From positions 496,719-560,718 of the forward strand of contig NZ_OY764863.2 in NCBI RefSeq assembly GCF_963668515.2: a stretch of DNA of 64,000 bases, in the 5' to 3' direction. Made by a program: the position numbers and the translations under genes. How positions within the stretch are numbered: the stretch's first letter is position 1; each line of letters begins with the position of its first letter. The DNA is from an uncultured Ilyobacter sp. (GTDB lineage: Bacteria; Fusobacteriota; Fusobacteriia; Fusobacteriales; Fusobacteriaceae). The notes beneath the pieces were generated by a model that ran no database searches, was not told the origin of the DNA, and saw nothing but the letters and a program-made list of their open reading frames with translations. Shown in pieces: positions 50,392 to 60,761 of the stretch.

Positions 50392-51375
50392 CTACTTTCC
50401 AAGAGTCGCAACCATAACAGCTTTTATAGTGTGCAGTCTGTTTTCAGCCTGGTCAAAAACCACTGAATTTGGTCCTTCAAAAACTTCATCTGATACTTCC
50501 ATCTCTGTAATTGCAAATTTATCAAAAATATCTCTTCCTACACTTGTTTCTAAGTCATGAAAGGCAGGAAGACAGTGAAGAAATATAGCATCTTCCTTGG
50601 CATAAGACATAGCCTCACTATTAACCTGATAAGGTTTCAAGAACTCTATCCTTTCCTCCCATACCTTATCTGGCTCACCCATAGATACCCACACATCTGT
50701 ATATACTGCGTCTGCATCCTTTAGACCTTCTTCCACAGATTCTGTGAAAGTAAGTTTGGCCCCTGTTAGTTTGGATATTTCCAGACACTGATTTATAAGT
50801 TTCTGAGGTGGGAAAAGAGATTTAGGACCTACTATCCTAAAATCCATACCCATCTTGGCAGCTCCAACCATGAGAGAGTTACCCATATTGTTTCTTCCGT
50901 CTCCCATATACACAAGTTTAACTCCTTGAAGTTTACCCTTGTGCTCTATTATAGTCATAAAATCTGCTAGTATCTGAGTAGGGTGAAACTCTGTTGTCAG
51001 ACCATTCCAGACAGAAATTCCAGAATGTTCTGCTAGTTCTTCCACCACCTTTTGTCCATAGCCCCTATACTCTATCGCATCAAACATTCTTCCGAGGACC
51101 CTTGCAGTATCCTTGATAGACTCTTTTTTACCTATCTGAGATCCAGAGGGCCCAAGATAAGTCACATGAGCTCCCTGATCATAGGCCGCCACCTCAAAAG
51201 AACATCTGGTTCTTGTAGAATCCTTTTCAAAAATAAGGGCAATATTTTTACCCATAAGTTTTTTATCTTCTTTTCCTGATTTCTTATCCTCTTTCAGCTT
51301 TTTCGAGAGATCGAGAAGTTCCTGTATCTCCTTAGGTTCAAAATCAAGTAGTTTTAAAAAATGTTTGTGTTTCAT
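50392..51375 (-). CDS. argF: Ornithine carbamoyltransferase
   Basis: STRTR, HPTQ and HCLP motifs. Confidence 0.96.
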   Translation of the reverse strand: MKHKHFLKLLDFEPKEIQELLDLSKKLKEDKKSGKEDKKLMGKNIALIFEKDSTRTRCSFEVAAYDQGAHVTYLGPSGSQIGKKESIKDTARVLGRMFDAIEYRGYGQKVVEELAEHSGISVWNGLTTEFHPTQILADFMTIIEHKGKLQGVKLVYMGDGRNNMGNSLMVGAAKMGMDFRIVGPKSLFPPQKLINQCLEISKLTGAKLTFTESVEEGLKDADAVYTDVWVSMGEPDKVWEERIEFLKPYQVNSEAMSYAKEDAIFLHCLPAFHDLETSVGRDIFDKFAITEMEVSDEVFEGPNSVVFDQAENRLHTIKAVMVATLGK

Positions 51376-51394
51376 CTAGCCTCCCCTAGTAATT

Positions 51395-52564
51395 TTAAAG
51401 TTCTTCAAACACCTCTTTTATTATCTGAAGTGCCTTGTCTAGTTCTTCATAGGTTACATTCAGAGGAGGTACAAGTCTTACCACATTATTCCCTGCCCCT
51501 ACAAGCATAAGTCCCTTTTCAAAAGCTTTTCCGACATAAGTTTTGGCTTCAAGCTCCTCTTTCAGTTTTATCCCAAGAAGGAGTCCCATTCCGTTTACTT
51601 TTTCGATTACAGAGTGTTCTGCCATCATTTTTTCGATTGCCTGCCTTGTATAGTCACTCTTCTGATCTACTTCAGCTATTATTCCACCCTCTACAAGTTC
51701 ATCTATAATTGTAACTGCCACTGCACACGCTAGAGGATTCCCTCCAAAGGTAGCACCGTGATCTCCAGGTACAAGAGTATCAGAAGCCTTACCTCTTGTA
51801 AGGACAGCCCCTATAGGAAAGCCTCCCCCTAGTCCCTTTGCCATTGTAACTATGTCAGGAACTACTCCAAATTTTTGGTATGCAAAATATGTCCCTAATC
51901 TACCTGCTCCACATTGAACTTCGTCAAAGATCAAAAGTGCGTTGTTCTTATCACAGAGTTCTCTTATTTTTTCAAGAAACTCTTTTTCAGCACTTATGAT
52001 TCCTCCCTCTCCCTGAATAACCTCCATGATCACTCCACAGACATCATCATCCATCTTAGATACAAAGTCCTCTATGTTGTTATACTCACACTCTACTACT
52101 CCTCCGATAAGAGGTCTGTAAGGATCCTGATATTTCTTCTGACCGGTTACAGAAAGGGCTCCCATGGTCCTTCCGTGAAATGAATTTTTCATATAAAGTA
52201 TCTTGTGCTTGCCTTCAGAAAACTCTTTACCAAATTTTCTTGCAATCTTGAGGGCCAGCTCATTTGCCTCTGTCCCGCTGTTACAGAAAAACATCTTCTC
52301 TAAATCCCCTAGCTGAGAAAGTTTTTTAGCAAGAGTGATCTGTTTTTCATTCCAGTAGAGATTTGATATATGCATCAGAGTCTCACTTTGATTTTTTATT
52401 GTCTCTACGATTTTAGGATTACTGTGACCTAGGCAGTTTACTGCCACCCCGGCTACAAAATCTATATATTCCTTCCCAGTTTCGTCATAGGCATATACAC
52501 CTTTACCTCTGACAAATGTAGGTTCAAATCTGTTATAAGTATTCATTACATTGCTCTTTCCCAT
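51395..52564 (-). CDS. argD: Acetylornithine aminotransferase
   Basis: FHGRTMGAL, FDEVQCG, AKGLGGG and TFGGNPLA motifs, in arg operon context. Confidence 0.93.
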   Translation of the reverse strand: MGKSNVMNTYNRFEPTFVRGKGVYAYDETGKEYIDFVAGVAVNCLGHSNPKIVETIKNQSETLMHISNLYWNEKQITLAKKLSQLGDLEKMFFCNSGTEANELALKIARKFGKEFSEGKHKILYMKNSFHGRTMGALSVTGQKKYQDPYRPLIGGVVECEYNNIEDFVSKMDDDVCGVIMEVIQGEGGIISAEKEFLEKIRELCDKNNALLIFDEVQCGAGRLGTYFAYQKFGVVPDIVTMAKGLGGGFPIGAVLTRGKASDTLVPGDHGATFGGNPLACAVAVTIIDELVEGGIIAEVDQKSDYTRQAIEKMMAEHSVIEKVNGMGLLLGIKLKEELEAKTYVGKAFEKGLMLVGAGNNVVRLVPPLNVTYEELDKALQIIKEVFEEL

Positions 52565-52580
52565 TATACCTCCCCTGACA

Positions 52581-53471
52581 CTATCTAACTATTCTATAAT
52601 CTTTTACTATCATTGTACCTATACCAGAGTCTGTAAAGAGCTCTAGTAAAATCGTGTGTTTTACTCTTCCATCTATAATATGAACATTTTCAGCTCCGGC
52701 GTCTAAAGCAGTCATGCAGGCATCGATTTTCGGAAGCATACCCCCGCTTATTGTTCCGTCCTCTATAAGGTCCTTTGCCTCATTATATTTCAGCACGCTT
52801 ATCTTGCTGCTAGGATCATTTATATCCCTCAGAAGTCCCGGAACATCTGTCATAAATAAAAATTTGTCGGCATTTAAGGCCCCTGCAATTGCTCCTGCCA
52901 CATAGTCGGCATTTATATTATATGTATTTCCATCCTCATCTACACCTACTGTTGATATTACAGGTATAAAGCCGTCTTTTTGCAGATCCTCTATAATACT
53001 GGCATTAATCTTCTTTACCTCTCCTACAAAGCCGATATCGACCTTTTCTTTTCCATCCATGAGGTATTTTTTTCTTGCTAAAATGAGATTGCCGTCCTTG
53101 CCGCTAAGGCCTATGGCTTTCCCACCGTGCCGATTGATTCCAGCTACTATGCCTTTATTCACCTTTCCAGATAATACCATCTCCACTATTTCCATGGTTT
53201 CCCCATCTGTTACTCTGTTTCCCATTTTAAACTCTGCTACCTTACCTATTTTTGCAAGCATACTATTTATTGCAGGTCCTCCGCCGTGGACTATCACCGG
53301 GTTAACACCTACATATTTCATGAGGACTATATCCTTCATGACCTGATCTTTTATCTCATCATTTATCATGGCATTCCCGCCGTATTTTACAACTACTGTT
53401 TTTCCAGCAAATTTCTTTATATACGGGAGTGCCTCTACTAGCATCTCAGCCTTTTCTATTTGTTTTTGCAT
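52581..53471 (-). CDS. argB: Acetylglutamate kinase
   Basis: VVKYGGNAM, VHGGGP, NINAD and GGMLPK motifs. Confidence 0.96.
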   Translation of the reverse strand: MQKQIEKAEMLVEALPYIKKFAGKTVVVKYGGNAMINDEIKDQVMKDIVLMKYVGVNPVIVHGGGPAINSMLAKIGKVAEFKMGNRVTDGETMEIVEMVLSGKVNKGIVAGINRHGGKAIGLSGKDGNLILARKKYLMDGKEKVDIGFVGEVKKINASIIEDLQKDGFIPVISTVGVDEDGNTYNINADYVAGAIAGALNADKFLFMTDVPGLLRDINDPSSKISVLKYNEAKDLIEDGTISGGMLPKIDACMTALDAGAENVHIIDGRVKHTILLELFTDSGIGTMIVKDYRIVR

Positions 53472-53494
53472 ATATTCCTCCTCAAAGGTATGAT

Positions 53495-56400
53495 TTAAAG
53501 TCCTAGGTAATACCTCATATGATTATATGTCACAGGTTTATTTGATTTTTTAACCTCTATAGCCTTCATAAATAAAGACGCTGTATCTATGGAAGTAAAG
53601 GCAGGAATCCTGTACTCAGAAGCCCTTCTTCTTATTCCAAATCCGTATCTGCTTCTGTCGTCTCCTATTGTAGGTGTGTTTATTATGAGGTTTATAACTC
53701 CATCTGATATGAGGTCTTTCAACTCCTCACCCTCTATATACTCAGCCTCTATACCCTTTTTATTGAGATATTCTGCGGTCCCCTTAGAAGCACATACAGA
53801 AAATCCTAGCTCTTTATAATTTTTTATTGTTTCAAGTCCCATATCTTTGCTGACTTCATTTAAAGATACATAGAGTTTACCGTCTACAGGTATCTTCATT
53901 CCTACAGCAGAGAATCCCTTGTACACAGCCACATCAAAATCCTGATCCACTCCTAAAACCTCTCCTGTAGATTTCATCTCAGGGCTCAGGAAAGTATCTA
54001 CGTCACTGAGTTTTTCCGTTGAGAATACAGGAAGTTTCACTGCATAGAAGTTTTTATTTTGTCTGAGACCTGTACCATACTCAAGGTCCTTTAATTTTTC
54101 CCCTAGCATAGTCTCAACTGCCACTTTTACCATAGGCACCCCTGTTACCTTACTCAAAATCGGTACAGTTCTAGAGGCTCTCGGATTTACCTCTATTATA
54201 TAGAGTTTATTTCCGTCAAAGACATACTGGATATTTATTATTCCTAAAGTTTTTATATTTACGGCTATTTTTTTTGTACTTTCCACAAGCTCGGCTATTA
54301 TTTCATCACTTAGGCTTATAGTCGGATAGCTTGTTATACTGTCTCCAGAGTGGACTCCAGTTTTTTCTATATGCTCCATTATTCCAGGAATAAGTATATC
54401 CTCACCGTCACAGATGGCATCCACTTCTATCTCAGTTCCGTAGATATATTTATCTATAAGGATCGTTGTTTCTTTGGACATATCTATGGCATGGGTCATA
54501 TACTCTGTAAGGCTTTCCTTGTTGTGTACCACTCTCATGGCTCTACCACCAATTACATAGGATGGTCTCACAACTACAGGGTAGCCTATCTTTTCAGCAG
54601 CCTTATAAGATTCTTCCAGATTTTTTGCTGCATAGCCTTCAGGACTTTCTATTCCAAGACCTTCAAGGAAGTTTCGGAATTTATCCCTGTCTTCTGCAAG
54701 GTCGATAGATTCATATTTTGTACCTAATATATTTACCCCTGACTCTTCAAGTCTTTTTGCGAGATTTATAGAGGTCTGACCTCCAAACTGCACTATTACC
54801 CCATAAGGATTTTCCTCACGGATAACATTTAAGACGTCATCAATATAAAGAGACTCAAAGTAAAGTTTGTCAGATGTGTCAAAGTCAGTACTTACAGTTT
54901 CAGGATTGTTGTTTATAATAATAGACTGGTAGCCTGCTTCTTTTATAGCCCATACACCATGTACAGAACAGTAGTCAAATTCCACACCCTGTCCTATTCT
55001 TATAGGTCCAGATCCTATAACCACTATTTTTTTATCATCTGAGATTATATTTTCATCTTCTTTTTCATAACACGAATAATAATAAGGGGTAACAGCTTCA
55101 AATTCACCGCTGCATGTATCTACCATCTTATAAACAGGATACATTCCCTTTTCTTCTCTTATTTTATCTACTTCTGATTTATTCCACTTACTCAGCCCTA
55201 GTATCTCATCATCAGTGAATCCCATAGTTTCGGCCTTTTCCAGGATTTTATGAGAAATTTCATTTTCAGAAAGTTCTTTTTCAAGGTCAATTATATTTTT
55301 GATCCCGTTTAGAAACCATCTGTCGACCTTACTCACTTCATGTATCTCCTCTATACCTACTCCTATCCTCATTGCCTGAGCTATGGCAAAGATCCTCTCA
55401 TCGTCACACTCTTTTATCTTTGCAACTAGTTCCTCTTTTCCTAGGCTGTTAAATGCTGGTAGATTTATACCTGAAAGTCCTCCCTCAAGGCATGTTATAG
55501 CCTTTAAAAGTGCGGCTTCAAAGGTCCTGTCGATTGCCATTACCTCTCCCGTAGCCTTCATCTGAGTACCAAGTTTTTTAGAAGCCGATCTAAATTTATC
55601 AAAAGGCCATTTGGGTATCTTCATAACCACATAGTCAAGGGCCGGCTCAAAAAAGGCACTAGAATAACCTGTCACATAGTTTTTCAGTTCATCTAGATTA
55701 TATCCTAAAGCTATCTTCGCAGCTATCTTTGCAATAGGATAACCTGTAGCCTTAGAAGCCAGTGCAGATGATCTGCTTACCCTGGGATTTACCTCTATAA
55801 CTATATAATTATGTGAGTGAGGGTCTAGGGCAAACTGTACATTACACCCTCCCTCTATTTTAAGCTCGTCTATTATCTTAAGAGAAGACTGTCTCAGCAT
55901 CTGATATTCATAATTTGTCAGAGTCTGAGATGGGGCTATTACTATACTGTCTCCTGTGTGTATTCCCACAGGGTCAAAGTTTTCCATGTTACATACAGTT
56001 ATACAGTTGCCCTTAGAGTCTCTCATAACCTCATACTCTATCTCTTTCCAGCCTGCCACACTCTGCTCAAGAAGAAGCTGTTTTATAGGACTCATTATAA
56101 GACCCTTAGAACAGATGTCCTTAAAGTCCTTCATGTTGTCGGCTATTCCTCCCCCTGTTCCTCCCATGGTATAGGCAGGTCTGACTATGATAGGGAAACC
56201 GTTTGTCTCTGCAAACTTTACACACTCATCCATGGTAGAGGCTATTCCGCTTATAGCTACAGGCTCTCCCAGTTTCTCTAGGAGCTCCTTAAACTCTTCT
56301 CTGTCCTCGGCTCTCCTTATTGCTTCACTGTTTATCCCCAGAAGTTTTACATTATATTTCTCAAGAATACCCTGACCTTCCAGTTCCATAGCCAGATTTA

Positions 56401-56680
56401 AGGCTGTCTGTCCGCCAAAACCTGCCAAGATTCCCTGGGGTCTCTCTTTCTTTATGATCTCTTCTGCTACTTCCACCGTGAGAGGTTCTATATAAACCTT
56501 ATCGGCGATATTGTTGTCTGTCATTATTGTGGCAGGGTTGCTGTTTAAGAGGACTATCTCTATGCCCTCTTCTTTTATAGCCTTGCATGCCTGTGTGCCG
56601 GAATAGTCAAATTCTGCAGCCTGTCCTATGATTATAGGTCCGGAACCTATAATCATTACTTTTTCTATATTATGCTTCAT
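53495..56680 (-). CDS. carB: Carbamoyl-phosphate synthase large subunit
   Basis: GSGPIIIGQAAEFDYSG, duplicated ATP-grasp domains and a C-terminal MGS-like domain. Confidence 0.97.
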   Translation of the reverse strand: MKHNIEKVMIIGSGPIIIGQAAEFDYSGTQACKAIKEEGIEIVLLNSNPATIMTDNNIADKVYIEPLTVEVAEEIIKKERPQGILAGFGGQTALNLAMELEGQGILEKYNVKLLGINSEAIRRAEDREEFKELLEKLGEPVAISGIASTMDECVKFAETNGFPIIVRPAYTMGGTGGGIADNMKDFKDICSKGLIMSPIKQLLLEQSVAGWKEIEYEVMRDSKGNCITVCNMENFDPVGIHTGDSIVIAPSQTLTNYEYQMLRQSSLKIIDELKIEGGCNVQFALDPHSHNYIVIEVNPRVSRSSALASKATGYPIAKIAAKIALGYNLDELKNYVTGYSSAFFEPALDYVVMKIPKWPFDKFRSASKKLGTQMKATGEVMAIDRTFEAALLKAITCLEGGLSGINLPAFNSLGKEELVAKIKECDDERIFAIAQAMRIGVGIEEIHEVSKVDRWFLNGIKNIIDLEKELSENEISHKILEKAETMGFTDDEILGLSKWNKSEVDKIREEKGMYPVYKMVDTCSGEFEAVTPYYYSCYEKEDENIISDDKKIVVIGSGPIRIGQGVEFDYCSVHGVWAIKEAGYQSIIINNNPETVSTDFDTSDKLYFESLYIDDVLNVIREENPYGVIVQFGGQTSINLAKRLEESGVNILGTKYESIDLAEDRDKFRNFLEGLGIESPEGYAAKNLEESYKAAEKIGYPVVVRPSYVIGGRAMRVVHNKESLTEYMTHAIDMSKETTILIDKYIYGTEIEVDAICDGEDILIPGIMEHIEKTGVHSGDSITSYPTISLSDEIIAELVESTKKIAVNIKTLGIINIQYVFDGNKLYIIEVNPRASRTVPILSKVTGVPMVKVAVETMLGEKLKDLEYGTGLRQNKNFYAVKLPVFSTEKLSDVDTFLSPEMKSTGEVLGVDQDFDVAVYKGFSAVGMKIPVDGKLYVSLNEVSKDMGLETIKNYKELGFSVCASKGTAEYLNKKGIEAEYIEGEELKDLISDGVINLIINTPTIGDDRSRYGFGIRRRASEYRIPAFTSIDTASLFMKAIEVKKSNKPVTYNHMRYYLGL

Positions 56681-57749
56681 CTTTACTCTCCTTCATGAAC
56701 TTTATAAACTTGTCAAAAAGATAGGTCGTATCCTCAGGTCCAGGTGCCCCCTCAGGATGGAACTGAACAGAAAATACCGGATGATCTTCTAGCTCTATTC
56801 CCTCTACAGTATTATCATTCAAATTTATAAAGTTTACCCTTACACCCGTCCCTGCAAGGCTCTTTTCATCAGTGGCATAGCCGTGATTCTGGGAGCTGAT
56901 AAAGGATTTATTCCTGTCAATGTCTAAAACTCCGTGATTTCCACCCCTGTGTCCAAACTTTGTCTTATAGGTGTCCCCACCTACGGCCAGAGAGATCACC
57001 TGATGTCCCAGACAGATACCAAACATAGGAAGTTTTCCTATAAAGTTTTTTGCAGCCTCTATACCCTCTACAGCCAGTTTTGGATCTCCAGGTCCGTTGC
57101 TAAGAAGGACACCGTCTGGATTTCCTGCCATAATCTCTTCACTTGTTGCATTAAATGGATATACGGTTATGTGGCAGCCTCTCCTTTGCAGGTTTCTTAT
57201 TATATTCTCTTTTACCCCAAAGTCTATGAGAGCCACTCTGAACCCATCTCCCGATACTTCGTAGACCTCCTGAGTCCCAACTTCTCTCATCCAGTCGTCT
57301 TCAACCTTGATGGCTCCCATATATTCATCTATCTCAGCCTGTGTAAGCTTTCTGCTAGATATGACACACTTCATAGCTCCACTATCTCTTATTTTTTTGG
57401 TAACAGCCCTTGTATCTACTCCATATACCCCTACAATCTTCATTTTTTTCAGAAATTTATCAAAATCCCCTTCACTCATGAAGTTGCTTGGATTTTCAGA
57501 TACGGCCTTTACAACCATACCCTTTGCATAAGACCTGTCCGCCTCATTAAAAGACTCATTTACTCCATAATTCCCGATAAGTGGATAGGTCATGGTAATA
57601 ACCTGACCTGCATATGAAGGGTCTGTCAGTATCTCTTGATAACCAGTCATGGATGTATTAAAAACCAGCTCGCCACTGGAAACTCCCTCATAACCAAATC
57701 CTTTGCCTTCGTACACAGTACCGTCTTCTAGGTAAAGCGCTCCGTACAT
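56670..57749 (-). CDS. carA: Carbamoyl-phosphate synthase small subunit
   Basis: FNTSMTGYQE, SNGPGDP, GICLGHQ and QFHPE motifs. Confidence 0.97.
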   Translation of the reverse strand: MYGALYLEDGTVYEGKGFGYEGVSSGELVFNTSMTGYQEILTDPSYAGQVITMTYPLIGNYGVNESFNEADRSYAKGMVVKAVSENPSNFMSEGDFDKFLKKMKIVGVYGVDTRAVTKKIRDSGAMKCVISSRKLTQAEIDEYMGAIKVEDDWMREVGTQEVYEVSGDGFRVALIDFGVKENIIRNLQRRGCHITVYPFNATSEEIMAGNPDGVLLSNGPGDPKLAVEGIEAAKNFIGKLPMFGICLGHQVISLAVGGDTYKTKFGHRGGNHGVLDIDRNKSFISSQNHGYATDEKSLAGTGVRVNFINLNDNTVEGIELEDHPVFSVQFHPEGAPGPEDTTYLFDKFIKFMKESKDEA

Positions 57750-57814
57750 AATTAAGTTGCCCCCTTTTTTTAATCAAATAAAACTATTTCTGCCAAATAA
57801 CTTAACATTAGTTA

Positions 57815-59032
57815 TTAGGTTCTGTATGCCCCGTTTATTTCCACATATTTATAACTGAGGTCGCATCCCCAAGCAGTCGCCTCAGCTTCTCCAATTTTCA
57901 TGTCGATATAAACAGTTATCTCTTTTTCTTTTAGAATTTTCGAAGCAAGGAGTTCATCAAACACCATACCTCTTCCGTTTTCAGCCACCTGTATTGACAC
58001 TCCATTCGATTTCAGGAAAATATCAATTTTTTCAGGATCAAAATCAGCTTCAGAATATCCTACTGCACACAGGATTCTTCCCCAGTTTGCATCTTCACCA
58101 AAGAAAGCACACTTGGTAAGGTTAGAAGTTATTACAGACTTAGCTGCCGACTTAGCACTTTTTACATCCTTTGCATTTACTACATTTACCTCTAGAAGTT
58201 TTGTGGCACCCTCTCCGTCTACTGCTATTAATTTTGCAAGCTCTTTATTTAGGTAATCGAGGGCAGCCTTAAATTTAACAAAATTTTCATCTTCACTCTC
58301 GATAAGTTTGTTTTCGGCCATACCGTTTGCCATTACTACGACCATATCATTTGTACTGGTATCCCCGTCAACTGAGATCATATTGTAAGAGTCGTCGACA
58401 CTTCCCTTAAAGGCCTTTTCAAGCATAGCCTTTGTAATGTTTATGTCTGTCACCACAGTTCCTAGCATCGTTGCCATATTTGGATGAATCATCCCAGAAC
58501 CTTTTGCCATACCTGCTATAGTTACAGGCTTTCCGTCTACTTCTATCTCTATTGCAACCTCTTTTGAAAAAAGGTCTGTGGTCATTATAGCTTCTGCTGC
58601 ATCGTGTCCACCTTCTGCTGAGACGGCTTTGCATGCCTCTTCTATACCTGAAATAACTTTATCCATTGGAAGCTGAACACCTATAACACCTGTAGATTCT
58701 ACGATGACCTCTTTTGGGTCAATTGCAAAATGCTCTGCTACTACCTTACCCATTTTTACAGCATTTTCGTATCCCTCTTTACCTGTGCAGGCATTGGCAT
58801 TTCCGCTGTTTACCACAATGGCTCTTATAGTATCATTTTTTATGTTTTCCATATCTAGAAAAAGAGGTGCAGCCTTTACCTTATTTGTTGTAAACACCGC
58901 TGATCCCACAGCTTCTTTCTCACTGTAAACAACGCACACATCTTTTCTTCCGCTCTTTTTTATTCCTGCAGTTATTCCTGCTGCCTTTATACCCTGTACA
59001 GCAGTTATGGATTTTCCTTCTAATATTTTCAT
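57815..59032 (-). CDS. argJ: Bifunctional ornithine acetyltransferase / N-acetylglutamate synthase
   Basis: KGSGMIHPNMATML, DGDTSTND and WGCDLS motifs. Confidence 0.96.
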   Translation of the reverse strand: MKILEGKSITAVQGIKAAGITAGIKKSGRKDVCVVYSEKEAVGSAVFTTNKVKAAPLFLDMENIKNDTIRAIVVNSGNANACTGKEGYENAVKMGKVVAEHFAIDPKEVIVESTGVIGVQLPMDKVISGIEEACKAVSAEGGHDAAEAIMTTDLFSKEVAIEIEVDGKPVTIAGMAKGSGMIHPNMATMLGTVVTDINITKAMLEKAFKGSVDDSYNMISVDGDTSTNDMVVVMANGMAENKLIESEDENFVKFKAALDYLNKELAKLIAVDGEGATKLLEVNVVNAKDVKSAKSAAKSVITSNLTKCAFFGEDANWGRILCAVGYSEADFDPEKIDIFLKSNGVSIQVAENGRGMVFDELLASKILKEKEITVYIDMKIGEAEATAWGCDLSYKYVEINGAYRT

Positions 59033-59049
59033 TATTTCCCCCCCTATAA

Positions 59050-60090
59050 TTATGGATTCATTGCCAAAATATCTAAACCGTCGTTTTCCTCAAGACCAAA
59101 CATGATATTCATATTCTGTATTGCCTGTCCTGCAGCACCTTTTATAAGGTTATCTATTGCAGATATTGCTATCACTCTATTTGTCCTTTTGTCCACTCTT
59201 ACTGCGATATCACAGAGGTTTGTTCCCCTTACAAACCTAGTTTCAGGAAGGTCATTTATCACTCTTATAAAATACTCATTTTCATAAAACTTGTTGTAGA
59301 GGTCATAAATCTCTTTTTCAGTGGTATCTTTTTTCAACTTTGAGTAAGTCACAGAAAGTATTCCTCTGTTCATAGGGACAAGATGAGGTGTGAATGTCAA
59401 AGCTATATTTTCCTCTCCTATCTTAGATAACTCTTGCTCTATCTCTGCTGTATGTCTGTGAGTTGTCACACCATAGGCCTTTATAGATTCATTGCACTCT
59501 GTATAGAGGCTTGCTAGTTTAGCAGATCTACCTGCTCCTGATACTCCTGACTTTGCATCTATCACAATAGAATCCGTCTCTATGAGGTCATTATCTAATA
59601 GAGGAGCAAGAGCTAATATGCTAGCAGTGGGATAACATCCCGGATTCGCTATTATTTTGCAGTTTTTTATCTCTTCTCTTCTTTTCAGTTCAGGCAGACC
59701 ATAAACTGCATCTTTTATGAATTCAGGATGTTTATAATCGTCTTTGTACCACTCTTTAAAGGTTTCTTCACTATCTAGCCTAAAGTCAGCACCTAGATCT
59801 ATAGCTTTTATACCCTTGTCCATAGCGAGCTTTACAAAGGGAGCAGATTTACCGTGAGGAAGAGCCATAAAAAGAACATCTATCTCATCTATCTTAGATT
59901 CTACATCCTCTACCCCTATAAGCTTGTCATCTAAAAACTTTTTAAAGTTCCTATAGATTTCGCTGAACTCCTGTCCTACATAGCTATTTGATACCATAAA
60001 CTTTATCTCTGCATTTTTGTGCATGTTTAGATACCATACAAGCTGTTGTCCGGCATAGCCAGTGGCTCCGATTATTCCTACTCTCACCAT
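59050..60090 (-). CDS. argC: N-acetyl-gamma-glutamyl-phosphate reductase
   Basis: GATGYAG, ANPGCYPT, KSGVSGAG and DNLIKGAAGQA motifs. Confidence 0.96.
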   Translation of the reverse strand: MVRVGIIGATGYAGQQLVWYLNMHKNAEIKFMVSNSYVGQEFSEIYRNFKKFLDDKLIGVEDVESKIDEIDVLFMALPHGKSAPFVKLAMDKGIKAIDLGADFRLDSEETFKEWYKDDYKHPEFIKDAVYGLPELKRREEIKNCKIIANPGCYPTASILALAPLLDNDLIETDSIVIDAKSGVSGAGRSAKLASLYTECNESIKAYGVTTHRHTAEIEQELSKIGEENIALTFTPHLVPMNRGILSVTYSKLKKDTTEKEIYDLYNKFYENEYFIRVINDLPETRFVRGTNLCDIAVRVDKRTNRVIAISAIDNLIKGAAGQAIQNMNIMFGLEENDGLDILAMNP

Positions 60091-60204
60091 TTTACAATTC
60101 CTCCCCTTCATATTTATATATAGTGCATAATACTCTTTTAGATGATTTGATTTCAGTACCTCTTTTTCTCTTACCTTAATTTATATTCTGATTATAAAGG
60201 TTAG

Positions 60205-60248
60205 AAAAAAAACCGGTATCCGCCTAAACTTATCTGGCTAATACCGGT
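60205..60248 (-). terminator. Leader terminator 2 upstream of argC
   Basis: Minus strand ACCGGTAT(TAGCC)...(GGCGG)ATACCGGT followed by a U-run (8 T including the stem base). Confidence 0.85.
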
Positions 60249-60258
60249 GCATCTTTTT

Positions 60259-60291
60259 AAAAAAAACCAACAGATTTAAACTGTCGGCTTT
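60259..60291 (-). terminator. Leader terminator 1 upstream of argC
   Basis: Minus strand AGCCGACAG-TTTAAAT-CTGTTGGTT (9 bp with G-U pairs) followed by a U-run. Confidence 0.65.
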
Positions 60292-60368
60292 ATCAACTTT
60301 TGTATACTCATAGAGAGCCGCTCCTCTCTAATCTTTTCAAAAGAAATTTATGATGTCAATTTAGCCAC

Positions 60369-60428
60369 TTAGAACGATTTATATTGGTTTGTAATCTGCC
60401 TCCTCGTCCTGCTTATCCTAAACATCAT
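60369..60428 (-). CDS. Putative arg operon leader peptide MMFRISRTRRQITNQYKSF (4 Arg, all AGG)
   Basis: GGGAGGA RBS 7 nt before the ATG. Lies between the operon promoter and the leader terminators. Too short for the ORF track. Confidence 0.8.
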   Translation of the reverse strand: MMFRISRTRRQITNQYKSF

Positions 60429-60465
60429 GTTAATTCCTCCCGGTTTTTTATATCTTTTGTAATTG

Positions 60466-60495
60466 ATAATAACAGAAAACAACCGTGTGTGTCAA
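60466..60495 (-). promoter_or_regulatory. Sigma70-type promoter of the arg operon
   Basis: TTGACA-18 bp-TATTAT with an extended TG, about 30 nt upstream of the leader RBS. Confidence 0.75.
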
Positions 60496-60761
60496 TAATT
60501 TTTTCTCTCTAAATCCTTATTTCAGGCACTTTTTCAACTCTAAGAATAACTAAAATTTAGATACTTTCATTGCCTCTAACTCCTACAGATTCTTTATTTT
60601 AAGTGACTGCAATCATTCTCACTACTACTATCTCTATACTTCCAGAATCCTTGTATAAAAGACCCTGTTTTTTTAAAAATTTTATTATACTTCTTTCCTG
60701 AACTCATAAAAATATCTTTATAAACAAGTATAATTTATAGAAGAGAATTTTTCTACTCTTC

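Noticed and set aside
11419-59287. Numerous ORFs antisense to or nested in well-supported genes (e.g. 19461-19787, 44484-44969, 56934-57617)
   Set aside because: They are shadow frames of long genes, with no motifs or RBS.
60090-60460. T-box riboswitch or ARG boxes upstream of argC
   Set aside because: No GGTGGNACC T-box core and no convincing TGAAT-N4-ATTCA pair were seen. The leader-peptide model fits better.
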